Shown here: positions 1 to 8,807 of the stretch, piece after piece | How the letters are laid out: every line of letters begins with the position of its first letter | How positions within the stretch are numbered: the first letter of the stretch is position 1 | Assembly: GCA_965207455.1 (NCBI GenBank) | Contig: CBDBMJ010000003.1 | Coordinates: 182,489 to 246,488 of the forward strand | Origin: Bdellovibrionota bacterium | Lineage (GTDB): Bacteria > Bdellovibrionota > UBA1018 > CAIPTA01 > JAALKR01 | DNA: 64,000 nucleotides | Reading direction: 5' to 3' | Notes under the pieces: model-generated | The model's database searches: none | Told to the model about the DNA's origin: nothing | What the model saw: only the letters and a program-made list of their open reading frames with translations | Translations under genes and position numbers: made by a program

Positions 1-200
1 CTAATGAACATACCGAGGCCGGGTATATTGTGTCCGATAAGACTGATGGGGCGGATCTGCTGAGGTAATAAATCAAATAAAAAAGTGTCCGTGAAATTCA
101 AAACCATAAAAAATATATAAATGGTTGCAATAAAGGGAATAAGGGATAAAAAGCCCACCACTAGATTTTGAAATAAAAAACGTTTGAATTTTTCCCACAT
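1..200 (-). CDS. DUF502-family membrane protein, N-terminal part (gene continues beyond window start)
   Basis: Reverse-complement translation from ATG (cat at 198-200) gives MWEKFKRFLFQNLVVGFLSLIPFIATIYIFFMVLNFTDTFLFDLLPQQIRPISLIGHNIPGLGMFI. A hydrophobic TM segment is followed by an IPGLG motif typical of DUF502. There is no stop within the window, so the gene is partial. Confidence 0.45.
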   Translation of the reverse strand, partial: MWEKFKRFLFQNLVVGFLSLIPFIATIYIFFMVLNFTDTFLFDLLPQQIRPISLIGHNIPGLGMFI

Positions 201-275
201 AGTATTCAGTCCCGTATGAAAATTATAGCAGTTCTTGCTTTACATATATAGAGGATGATTGTAAGGGTATAGTGT

Positions 276-1256
276 ATGGAAATGTTCACGGAAATGGCTA
301 TTCGTTATGACGGTAAGGATCTATCTATTCTAGATCAACGTCAATTACCCCACAAAGAAGTTTGGTTACCTGTTAATGAACCACAGGATATGACCCTTGC
401 CATAAAAAACTTAAGCGTTCGAGGTGCTCCCCTTATAGCAATCGCTGCTTGTCTTAACCTTGCCCTCTACCGAGAGCGAGGAGCTAGCCTTGCAGACACC
501 CTAAGTGCTGCGAAGTTATTGCGAGAGGCACGCCCAACGGCTGTGAATCTTGCTACAGCCATAGACCGGATATTGGCCGAAGACCCAGACCTCTCCCCAA
601 AAGCACTTATGAAAATAGCTGCTACAATTATGGTAACGGAAGCCCAAAGTTGCACTTCCATTGCCCAACATGGCTCCACATTAGTCCACGAGGGTGATTC
701 CATCCTCACCCATTGTAATACGGGAAGTTTAGCCACTGTCGGCGTGGGAACCGCTTTGGGAGTCATTCGCTTGGCGTGGGAGCAGGGAAAAAATATTCAT
801 GTGTATGTGGACGAGACCCGTCCCCTTCTACAGGGAGCTCGCCTCACTGCCTGGGAATTGCAAAAGGCCCAGATTCCCCACACCCTTATTTGCGACAATA
901 TGGCAGCCGAGCTTATGAGAAAAGGCAAAATCCAGCGTGTAATCGTCGGTGCGGATCGAATTGCCCAAAACGGAGACTTTGCTAACAAAATTGGTACCTA
1001 CTCCTTGGCAGTGCAAAGCCAGTACCATGGAATAGATTTTCACTGTGCGGCACCAAGCAGCACTTTGGACCGAAACTGTCCCTCGGCAGAAGGCATTCCC
1101 ATTGAGGAGCGGAAGCCTGAGGAAGTACTCATGCAGTGGAGTCCTGCGTCCACCCCTGTTTGGAACCCCGCTTTTGACATCACCCCTGGAAAACTAGTCA
1201 CCAGTTTTATCTTAGATTCTGGTATATATACAAAAGAACAAATTAAAGATTTTTAG
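276..1256 (+). CDS. mtnA: S-methyl-5-thioribose-1-phosphate isomerase (eIF-2B alpha/beta/delta family)
   Basis: 326 aa ORF. The N-terminus (AIRYDGKDLSILDQRQLP) and the motifs GAPLIAIAA, NTGSLAT and VGADRIAQNGDFANKIGTY match MtnA/eIF2B-like isomerases. An AAGGG RBS lies 8 nt upstream of the ATG. Confidence 0.85.
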   Translation: MEMFTEMAIRYDGKDLSILDQRQLPHKEVWLPVNEPQDMTLAIKNLSVRGAPLIAIAACLNLALYRERGASLADTLSAAKLLREARPTAVNLATAIDRILAEDPDLSPKALMKIAATIMVTEAQSCTSIAQHGSTLVHEGDSILTHCNTGSLATVGVGTALGVIRLAWEQGKNIHVYVDETRPLLQGARLTAWELQKAQIPHTLICDNMAAELMRKGKIQRVIVGADRIAQNGDFANKIGTYSLAVQSQYHGIDFHCAAPSSTLDRNCPSAEGIPIEERKPEEVLMQWSPASTPVWNPAFDITPGKLVTSFILDSGIYTKEQIKDF

Positions 1257-1271
1257 AAAGGAGTACATATT

Positions 1272-2126
1272 ATGTGGGCAATTATCGGTGGATCGGGTTT
1301 TGAGGCTTTTGAGGCTTTTGAAAAAGTAGATGTCCTGGAAAGGACTACACCCTTTGGAGAGGCTTCCTCTGGGCTACAAAAAATACGACTAAAAACAGGC
1401 ACAGGTCATGAGGAATGTTTATTCCTGCCTCGCCACGGGAGTCGCCATGAACTACTCCCTTCTGAAGTAAATTTTCGGGCCAATCTATTCGCCTTAAAAA
1501 ACCATGGTGCCACTCGAATACTGGCTTTTTCTGCCGTCGGCAGTCTCCAGGAAGAGCTAGCACCGGGAGATTTAGTGATTCCCCACCAATACGTGGATCG
1601 CACCAAATCCCTTAGGAAGGCCACCTTTTGCGGACAGGGTGTGGTGGGACACGTCTCCCTAGCTCGCCCCATTTGGGAGGAAGCCATGGAGAGTCTGTTA
1701 GGTATGAAAGGTAACTTTAATTTTAAAGTGCATGGGAAAAAAACATACGTTTGTGTGGAGGGACCCTATTTTTCCACAAAAGCCGAGTCCCATAGCTACC
1801 GGGATTTAGGAGCGGATATTATCGGTATGACGGCTTTCCCAGAGTACGCCTTAGCTCGAGAGGCTGGCCTTAGCTACCTACCCTGTTGTTTTGTGACAGA
1901 CTACGATTGCTGGAACGAGGACAAACCCCACGTCACTCTTGAGACCGTGCTAGAGGTAATGAAAAACAATAATGCCAAAGCCTTTCAAACACTCATAAAA
2001 ATAGTAGAGTCAAATTTTCCTGAATCCGAGGGCTGTCGCACTGGAGGACTGCAAACAGGACTCATGAATCCCCCAGAAAGTTTAAACGACGAGCAAAGGA
2101 AATGGGTGGGCGTTTTACGACGCTAG
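1272..2126 (+). CDS. mtnP: S-methyl-5'-thioadenosine phosphorylase (PNP/MTAP family)
   Basis: 284 aa. An N-terminal AIIGGSGF glycine loop and the motifs GxTxxPE and MTAFPE match purine nucleoside/MTA phosphorylases. The adjacent mtnA gives a methionine-salvage pair. Confidence 0.85.
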   Translation: MWAIIGGSGFEAFEAFEKVDVLERTTPFGEASSGLQKIRLKTGTGHEECLFLPRHGSRHELLPSEVNFRANLFALKNHGATRILAFSAVGSLQEELAPGDLVIPHQYVDRTKSLRKATFCGQGVVGHVSLARPIWEEAMESLLGMKGNFNFKVHGKKTYVCVEGPYFSTKAESHSYRDLGADIIGMTAFPEYALAREAGLSYLPCCFVTDYDCWNEDKPHVTLETVLEVMKNNNAKAFQTLIKIVESNFPESEGCRTGGLQTGLMNPPESLNDEQRKWVGVLRR

Positions 2127-2135
2127 CATTTCATC

Positions 2136-2849
2136 ATGTACTCCGTAATAAACGAAGAGCTAATGCGAATGGGTTCCCTTTGGGCAGAAGTTCTCTTTAA
2201 AATAGGCATGGCCCTAATCTGTGGCTCCATCATTGGCGGAGAAAGGGAGAAAAAAAGCAAACCAGCTGGCCTACGCACCAACATACTTATTTGTCTGGGC
2301 TCCACAATGTTTACTATGTTGTCCTTAATTACAGCAGAGTCTGTGGCCATACAAGGCGGCTGGGGGGCAGACCCCGGGCGTATTGCTGCTCAAATCGTTA
2401 CAGGTATTGGTTTTCTCGGTGGTGGTATGATTATCCAATCCCGGGGTTCCATATCCGGACTCACCAGTGCTGCCACAATTTGGGTTGTCGCTGCCATTGG
2501 CGTTTGCATTGGCTTGGGCTATACTATATTGGCCTTTATTTGTACTCTGGTCGTTTTTTTCACCCTCTACTCCCTTGGCCATGTGGATCGAAGAGTGTTT
2601 GGAAAAACCAGACATCACCTCTGTGAGATCTTTATTGATATTGATCAAGACAAGGCACGCACAGAGGTAGTGAAAATTTTCTCTTATATGGACATTGAAA
2701 TTGAAGAGTTTGAGGTGAACGAAAAGGGCACTCAGTGCATAGTGAAAGTAGCATACATGTGCCCAGATCAAATGCACCTGCGTATACAGGCAGGTATTTG
2801 GTCGGTATTGGGCGTACAGCGAGTAGAGACAAAAAATATTTTATGGTAG
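2136..2849 (+). CDS. mgtC: MgtC/SapB-family membrane protein
   Basis: 237 aa. The N-terminal ICGSIIGGEREKKSKPAGLRTNILICLGSTMF motif is typical of MgtC, followed by 4-5 TM segments and a C-terminal ACT-like soluble domain. The gene starts 9 nt after the mtnP stop. Confidence 0.7.
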   Translation: MYSVINEELMRMGSLWAEVLFKIGMALICGSIIGGEREKKSKPAGLRTNILICLGSTMFTMLSLITAESVAIQGGWGADPGRIAAQIVTGIGFLGGGMIIQSRGSISGLTSAATIWVVAAIGVCIGLGYTILAFICTLVVFFTLYSLGHVDRRVFGKTRHHLCEIFIDIDQDKARTEVVKIFSYMDIEIEEFEVNEKGTQCIVKVAYMCPDQMHLRIQAGIWSVLGVQRVETKNILW

Positions 2850-3116
2850 TACTAGGTTCCGAAATTCTTTACCCGGTCGAAATTTAGGAAGCACAGTAGC
2901 TGGCACTTCCATCGTCTCACCTGTTTGCGGGTTTCGTCCCCTACGCGATTTCCTGTGAGAGGTGGTAAATGTACCAAAGCCAACCAAAGTTACATCATCC
3001 TTACTTTTTACCTTTTGCTTGATAGTGGTCAGAATATTATTGAGTACCTCTTCCACATCTCCTTTCGTCAATCGGGTCTGGTTGGAGACCGCTTCTACTA
3101 GTTGTGCTTTATTCAT
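2841..3116 (-). CDS. hup: HU-family DNA-binding protein
   Basis: 91 aa. The MNKAQLVEAVS start and the GFGTF...RNPQTGE arm motif match HU/IHF. Confidence 0.85.
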   Translation of the reverse strand: MNKAQLVEAVSNQTRLTKGDVEEVLNNILTTIKQKVKSKDDVTLVGFGTFTTSHRKSRRGRNPQTGETMEVPATVLPKFRPGKEFRNLVLP

Positions 3117-3254
3117 AGTTTTTTCTCCCTGTTTATGTGTTGCGATATAGTAATAGTAGGGTATACGAGAACTGTCAATATTTTTCTTAATCCTTGTCTC
3201 TAACTTGGGGAGTGATACAATATAAGTACAGGTTTATAGAGGGGATTTTAGAAT

Positions 3255-3536
3255 ATGACAAAAGCAGACCTTATTTCGGTCGTGGCAGAAAAAGGCGAAC
3301 TTCATTACAAGCAATCCGAGGTGGTAGTGAATTTAATTTTCGACATGATGGTTAAGGCCCTAGAGGAGAACAGCCGCATTGAGATTCGAGGTTTTGGCTC
3401 CTTTGTGAATCGAGAGTATAGTTCCTACAAAGGAAGAAACCCTAAAACAGGCGAAATAGTTCATGTTTCTGCTAAACGTGCACCCTTTTTTAAAGTTGGC
3501 AAAGAGCTCAAAGAGCGAATCAACAGCCCCAAATAG
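3255..3536 (+). CDS. IHF/HU-family DNA-binding protein (IHF-beta-like)
   Basis: 93 aa. It contains RIEIRGFGSF...GRNPKTGE, the classic HU/IHF beta-arm. It is divergent from the other HU gene across a 138-bp AT-rich spacer. Confidence 0.75.
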   Translation: MTKADLISVVAEKGELHYKQSEVVVNLIFDMMVKALEENSRIEIRGFGSFVNREYSSYKGRNPKTGEIVHVSAKRAPFFKVGKELKERINSPK

Positions 3537-3609
3537 CCAGCCGCAAAAAAACAACCAGCCCATAAACAAAAACGGACACTGTTTTAAGCCAAATACTTAC
3601 ATTAGGGTT

Positions 3610-4968
3610 CTAAAAGTTTATGCTCCACCTTATGCGGATTACCTTATGTCGAGAATACGCCCGTGCCGGATCAGTAGCCCCATGAAATTTTCTGTCCTCT
3701 ATTTCCCTTTCAAGCGCCACTTCCGATCTCTTTCCAACAGGCAGTAATACTCCATAAGTTAATAACCGCTCATCCATATTGTTTGCCTTCCAATAGTCAA
3801 ACTTTAAAAAAAGCTCAAGTGGATATGCTGTAACCAATGAAGCATGAACACCGAATACCTTAGCCACGTCTGATTTTACCTCTGATTCCCCTAGCCTCCA
3901 CTGTCTATATTGAGGACCCAAATAAGGGGTGAGATCTATACCGCTATTAAAGACATCCGTAAAAGTTTTCTGCAAAAGGACATGAATAGATCGGTGATTA
4001 TAATGATCCATGCCTTTTTCATCATCACCTTCCTGATAAATCCCAGCAGCAGTTACTACAGCCCAGCCAGCCAGAACATCTTTAGTCACTACCCCAAAGT
4101 TTCCAGTGAGTTTTCTATAGCCTGGATCTTTATCACCCTGCTTAGACTTAGTCGTGTAATAGGTCACTTCCAAAAACAGCTTATTTTTATCAGTAATATT
4201 ACAATTTACCGAACCACGTATTCTATATACACTTTGTTCAACGGTAGCACCAACCCTAGCTCTAAGATTTATGGAGGCATCTACCTTCCCGGTCAGATCA
4301 AATTCATTGCATTGCCCTCCCCTGGAATCAACACCTGCTACTGTTTCCTCAACTTTTGCATCTGCTTCTGAACGTTCAAATTCAAATTCAGTTACTCTCA
4401 GGTAACCTAAAGCTGCAATGGCTCCAGACTCTGGATACGAGGACATCTCTTCCTCCATCTTCTTTGCTAGCACTATGGTTCCATTATTAGCCCCCTTGGC
4501 CTGCATAGAAGCTCCCGATGCTAACAAAAGCTGCACCATGGGTTCACACATTGAATCCAAACTTTTATATATTGCTGTTTCATCCTCACTATCCTGAAGA
4601 TCCACAAGGTCACGCCTCTTAGATAGGTATTCAGCAAAGGCCTTGAGAGCCCTCTCGTTCACCTTACCGTTAGAATAAAAGTTGTACTTTGGAGACTGCC
4701 TGCTAGCCATTTGGCTAACTGCCGCTACGTCACAACTTTCTGCGGATTCCATAAGAAGGTTTTTCCTTTTCATTGGAGTATAGCCAGATGTGGGGGCATA
4801 ATAAGCATTAGCACTCGCCTTTATTCCAAAAAGCTTCAGATCTAAGGACGAGAGCTTCTTTTCTTCTGCCATCGATACGGTAGAGACTAGGCTAGAGCAG
4901 AGAACGACAAATAAAGATTGTAAGCTCCATTTGTATATTGTTGTTTGTTGTTGTTTTGTCATATTCAT
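3610..4968 (-). CDS. secreted protein, probably an outer-membrane beta-barrel (ends in an aromatic ...WSINF)
   Basis: 452 aa with an N-terminal signal peptide (LFVVLCSSLVSTVSMA). The C-terminal half shows alternating hydrophobic patterns and ends in Phe, as in OMP beta-barrels. No specific family was recognised. Confidence 0.4.
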   Translation of the reverse strand: MNMTKQQQTTIYKWSLQSLFVVLCSSLVSTVSMAEEKKLSSLDLKLFGIKASANAYYAPTSGYTPMKRKNLLMESAESCDVAAVSQMASRQSPKYNFYSNGKVNERALKAFAEYLSKRRDLVDLQDSEDETAIYKSLDSMCEPMVQLLLASGASMQAKGANNGTIVLAKKMEEEMSSYPESGAIAALGYLRVTEFEFERSEADAKVEETVAGVDSRGGQCNEFDLTGKVDASINLRARVGATVEQSVYRIRGSVNCNITDKNKLFLEVTYYTTKSKQGDKDPGYRKLTGNFGVVTKDVLAGWAVVTAAGIYQEGDDEKGMDHYNHRSIHVLLQKTFTDVFNSGIDLTPYLGPQYRQWRLGESEVKSDVAKVFGVHASLVTAYPLELFLKFDYWKANNMDERLLTYGVLLPVGKRSEVALEREIEDRKFHGATDPARAYSRHKVIRIRWSINF

Positions 4969-5169
4969 ATTTTATTTTTTATATTAAGCATCCTAATGCA
5001 GCGTACTATAGCGGCAATAATGCATAATGTCAATTCTTTTAGCAAAGAGTTTAATAAAAAAAAGTACCAAGGAAACAACTGTAAGAACAGTGCATTAGAG
5101 CCGGGTTCTGTTAGAACCCAGCTCCGGGAAGAATAAAAACGGGCATTATCAGACTAAAAAAGTTGCCTA

Positions 5170-6570
5170 TTAATGCGTGCCGTGGGTGTGCTCAGGACTC
5201 GAATGAATTTCAAACGAATCATATAGTGGCACGGTAAGGAGTTGGTTAATTTCTTCCCCTTCCAGTATAGCAAGGGTTCCCCACTGTTGTGTGGTTATAC
5301 CTTGTTGTTCCACAACCCCAGCATCTGTAAGTCTTAGGAGTTGTCCCTTCCATTTAGCAAAGTTCCGCACACCACTGGGCCAAAGCATATTTGTTTTGGT
5401 GATTTTATCTGTAAGGGCGTGGAACTTATGGACCTCTCCTGAGTTTGTGAGAACAAATAGCCCTTGTTCTCCATTAGGAGCAACGGTAACAAGCCTTTCG
5501 GCTCCCCAGATACTTCCAAGGGAACGCGACCATCTACCATCGGGAAAGCGATAGCTGAATAGTTCTCCGGATTCGTTGATTACAACAAGGAAGCGTACAT
5601 GCCCCACATCGAATTCTTCCACGTCTAGGGTATTGTCTATCTGTTTTTCGCTTATATGAAAAAGTTTATAGTAGGAGTAATCATCTCCTATGCTTGCTTC
5701 CCCCTGATCCTTAGAATACAGGTCTAGGGCTAGGGAGTTATGAATATTATCAACGGAGAAAAGGCTAGCTCCAAAAGATGTTCTTTTCAATGTCCTTCCC
5801 TGGGCTATAGGACCCAGTCTTTGAAGGGAATTTTCTCCATCCAGCAATATTGGTTGGGAGCTATTTTCAGGAAGCATTAAAAGAGCTTCTCTTTGAGAAA
5901 CGGGGGTATTATTAAATACAAAGTTAGAGCGACCCAAAGCCATTAAGCGAGCCATACTTTTATAAACGGGATGAAAATTTTCTCCTCGCAAAACAACCAT
6001 GGCATAGTACTCCATTTCTACAGCATGGGATCCACCATACTCTATGCTCCGATCGCAACCGGATTGTCGGCTTCTCGAGTACGGTCCTTTCGTACAAGCA
6101 ATATGGCGGTAACCAGCGGTGTGACGGGCTTCATGAATAAATACACCCACACGCCCTAGGGAAGAAAGTGCGGCCCAGCCATTTTGCATCGTAAAGTAGC
6201 CGAAGGAATTATAGGCTGTGGCGTGGGGAATATCGTGACCACGGCGTACTCCTCTTGTCATTCTAGTGGACCAATTATAATAATTATCCGAAGACACAAA
6301 GCCATTTGTAAAAACATTTTCCTCATTACCTGCAAAAGTTCCTTTTTCAATTAAGTAAAGGTCGTCGAAAAGTTTTTTTGTGTCTACCTCGGAATTACAA
6401 TACTCCAGCCCTCCAAAACTTCTGGTATTAATATTAAAGTCCCGGACATAACGTCGAGCCACTTCAGCACGAATACAGGGGAAGTCGTCCCCTCGAAATG
6501 GCAGTGTTTCCACTGCGATTACATTGTTTGTGAGTAAAAAAGCCCCTATTAGCGTCATCCATTGAATCAT
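5170..6570 (-). CDS. secreted protein with HExxH zinc-metallopeptidase-like motif
   Basis: 466 aa with a signal peptide (MIQWMTLIGAFLLTNNVIAVE). VFIHEARHTAGYRH contains HEARH, and a downstream acidic segment GSHAVEMEYY could supply the third ligand. The family was not recognised. Confidence 0.4.
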   Translation of the reverse strand: MIQWMTLIGAFLLTNNVIAVETLPFRGDDFPCIRAEVARRYVRDFNINTRSFGGLEYCNSEVDTKKLFDDLYLIEKGTFAGNEENVFTNGFVSSDNYYNWSTRMTRGVRRGHDIPHATAYNSFGYFTMQNGWAALSSLGRVGVFIHEARHTAGYRHIACTKGPYSRSRQSGCDRSIEYGGSHAVEMEYYAMVVLRGENFHPVYKSMARLMALGRSNFVFNNTPVSQREALLMLPENSSQPILLDGENSLQRLGPIAQGRTLKRTSFGASLFSVDNIHNSLALDLYSKDQGEASIGDDYSYYKLFHISEKQIDNTLDVEEFDVGHVRFLVVINESGELFSYRFPDGRWSRSLGSIWGAERLVTVAPNGEQGLFVLTNSGEVHKFHALTDKITKTNMLWPSGVRNFAKWKGQLLRLTDAGVVEQQGITTQQWGTLAILEGEEINQLLTVPLYDSFEIHSSPEHTHGTH

Positions 6571-6806
6571 ATTATCCTCCTTAATTTATCTACACTTCTA
6601 GTTAATTATAGGAAAAAAGCTTTGGGAAAAGATACTAACAAAAGCTTACTGACTATATTGCGCCACACTGTAATGAGTCTTAGAGGGTTCCAGTACGTAA
6701 TTCACCGACTAAAGTTATTTTCTACTGGAAATGTACCCCCCTTCTATTTTATTCTTTACTTAGGGATTTCATTTATTTAGAGATTTTAACTGAGGAATTT
6801 TATAGA

Positions 6807-7970
6807 ATGGAAAATCTTTCACGATTTCCTCTAAAAGGAATGAACATGGCACCTATCTTAAAGGATGGGGACATCCTACTGCTATCTATGCAAACAAAAG
6901 ATTCTCCAAGGCTGTGTAAGGAGGGAGATCTCATGCTTTCGCAGTCGGATGTGGGTTGGACGATCCACCGCCTTCTGTCTAAAGATAGAAAAAAAATATT
7001 TAAGATCGATTCTTCCCTTTGCTTCGACGTAGAGGATCCCGAAAAATATGAAAGTACGATTGTGGGTTTCCAACGCAATAACTTGACCTATTTCTGGGGA
7101 CAAGAGGGTTTCCCTTGGCAAAAAAACATTGCCCGGCTTTCTGGTGCTCTCACAAAATCCAACAACAAAATTCTCCATTGGTTTTACCTGCGCCTCATGA
7201 AGTGGATCCAATATTTTCTGCTAGCATTTGTAGTGAAGAAAATGATCGTAAAGAGTAAATGGAGCGAGCCCATTGCTCCTCCCTCACTGGAGCTTTTTGA
7301 AAAAATAGATACGCTCTTTTTAGGGCAACAAATACGGTATTGGACAATCAATGCTCCTGATTTTATGAACCAATCGAGCCTGCACCTATATGTGGATCCA
7401 AAACACTGGGAAGAGTCCATGGGCCTACTGGAGCAAATGGGAGGAACGGAACAACAAGCGCGTAGGGGAATATTTCAATTTGCTTCACACCAGTTGGTAA
7501 CTCTCCATAAGGAACTTTTTCATGCTATGCCCATAGATTTGCTCTTTCAAAAAAATTCAAGGAGCACTTGCTTACACTCCATTCACTGGGCGCTGGAGCC
7601 CTGTGCAGAGGATCGATTCGTATTGCTTTGTGGGCAAATACGGTACTTTTTTGATCCCACGCATCCCGACCCAAAAAACTTTTTACATAACATGGCACTG
7701 GTATTGGAAAAAGAACATGCCTTGGACTGGACCTACGTCCGGTTGCGTGCCCAGCAGTTACGCCTACAAAACTCTGTTGCTGTGGTGCTGTCTCTTTTGC
7801 GTCACCATTCCAGCAGCCCGTCCATAAAAATAGGGTATTTTCCCACTCGTCTCTTGGCTCCTTACTTTTTTTCTCCTGCAAGGTATGTGGTTAGTGGGAA
7901 GAGTGTGGAGAGTTACTGTAAGCGCCCTGGGCTTTCTGCCATTAATCGGGTATTGCTGTGGAGCTTTTAA
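6807..7970 (+). CDS. fusion protein: N-terminal S24/S26-peptidase-like beta-barrel (nucleophile Ser replaced by Asn) plus C-terminal domain resembling the PF14907 uncharacterised nucleotidyltransferase family
   Basis: 387 aa. PLKGMNMAPILKDGDILLL...GDLMLSQSDVGWTIHRLL resembles the GDSMxPxLxDGD...GDIVV...Krl core of LexA/signal-peptidase folds, but with N at the Ser position. A central hydrophobic helix follows. The C-terminal SLHLYVDPKHWEESMGLLEQMGG and LHKELFHA resemble the DLLV/ELHH motifs of PF14907. Confidence 0.35.
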   Translation: MENLSRFPLKGMNMAPILKDGDILLLSMQTKDSPRLCKEGDLMLSQSDVGWTIHRLLSKDRKKIFKIDSSLCFDVEDPEKYESTIVGFQRNNLTYFWGQEGFPWQKNIARLSGALTKSNNKILHWFYLRLMKWIQYFLLAFVVKKMIVKSKWSEPIAPPSLELFEKIDTLFLGQQIRYWTINAPDFMNQSSLHLYVDPKHWEESMGLLEQMGGTEQQARRGIFQFASHQLVTLHKELFHAMPIDLLFQKNSRSTCLHSIHWALEPCAEDRFVLLCGQIRYFFDPTHPDPKNFLHNMALVLEKEHALDWTYVRLRAQQLRLQNSVAVVLSLLRHHSSSPSIKIGYFPTRLLAPYFFSPARYVVSGKSVESYCKRPGLSAINRVLLWSF

Positions 7971-7990
7971 GTTCTATGGCGAGGGCTTAA

Positions 7991-8593
7991 TTAGCGCCGA
8001 TCGTTTAAAGCGCTTTGTCCCAAGCTTTTGTGGTGATTGCGATGCACAGAAAGTTTTTCCCGGTTTTCCTGCTCTTCCTTACAAGCAATACATAGTTCTG
8101 CTGTCGTTCGTGCTATTAAGCGAAGGGAATCAATGAGTTCGCCGCACTCCACACACTCGCCGTAGGTATTCTCCTTGATACGAGCCAATGCCTGATCCAC
8201 TTTCCTGAGGTACAGTTTTTCCCGGTTACCAAGGCGAGCGCTCATACTTTTTTCCACTTCGCTGGAGGCAAGGTCTGCTTCGTCGGAACGATCGTCCTGA
8301 TCTGTGCTTAAATCTGGCTTCATCAGTGTTTTATTCAAAATTTCTTCTTTATCTCTTAGCAGGAGAATCTCTGCGCACCTTGCAACTTGCTTCTTGGTGA
8401 GGAAGTGGCTTTTTTCCTTGACGAGAAGTTTGATCTCTTCTTCGGTGAAGCGCTCAATTTGTCTTTTAGTAAGGCGTTTGACTTCTTCTTCTTTGAAGCG
8501 TTTAATTCTTTCTTCTGTAGGAAGTACGAGTTGTTTTTTGATTTTTTTGGGACTCTTGTGTGTTGCTGCCCGGCTTACTTTCTTTTTTGTCAT
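7991..8593 (-). CDS. DksA/TraR-family C4 zinc-finger protein with K/E-rich repetitive N-terminal extension
   Basis: 200 aa. The C-terminal CVECGELIDSLRLIARTTAELCIAC is the CxxC-x17-CxxC DksA/TraR finger. The N-terminal 90 aa is Lys/Glu-rich with three imperfect repeats (RFKEEEVKRLTK / RFTEEEIKLLVK / FLTKKQVARCAE). Confidence 0.6.
   Translation of the reverse strand: MTKKKVSRAATHKSPKKIKKQLVLPTEERIKRFKEEEVKRLTKRQIERFTEEEIKLLVKEKSHFLTKKQVARCAEILLLRDKEEILNKTLMKPDLSTDQDDRSDEADLASSEVEKSMSARLGNREKLYLRKVDQALARIKENTYGECVECGELIDSLRLIARTTAELCIACKEEQENREKLSVHRNHHKSLGQSALNDRR
8400..8530. repeat. imperfect ~36-bp tandem coding repeats within the DksA/TraR-like gene
   Basis: The units gaagcgctcaatttgtcttttagtaagg / cgtttgacttcttcttctttgaagcgtttaattctttcttctgtagg recur as cttcttc...gaagcg...tt. 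They encode the K/E-rich repeats. Confidence 0.5.
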
Positions 8594-8807
8594 AAATGCT
8601 TTCTCCGTTTTTGTTTTTTTTTGTGGTTCTTATGTGTAGTTAAAAAAACACGTTAAAACCGCAGTGTAAGAATACATTAAGATAAATTATACACTAATGT
8701 GGGAAGTCAGTTCAAATATTTTTTTTGAAAGGGAGCGCCCATTGCCTTGCGATATTTATGATGCGCATGTTTTTTCACTCTGCGCCTATCTTTTTATAAA
8801 TTTTAAA

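Noticed and set aside
1-275. SAM riboswitch or Met-box upstream of mtnA
   Set aside because: No SAM-I/II-like conserved segments were seen. The region is mostly the 5' end of a divergent DUF502 gene plus a short AT-rich promoter spacer.
2291-2777. Overlapping ORFs on both strands inside mgtC
   Set aside because: They are fully contained in a well-supported MgtC reading frame.
3463-3747. 94-aa plus-strand ORF spanning the IHF gene end and OMP gene end
   Set aside because: It overlaps two better-supported genes on each side and shows no motif.
6562-6780. 72-aa ORF in the 6571-6806 intergenic region, considered as a possible RiPP precursor
   Set aside because: It overlaps the start of the divergent HExxH gene, has no RBS, and has no leader/core features. 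It is a candidate only if homolog context supports it.
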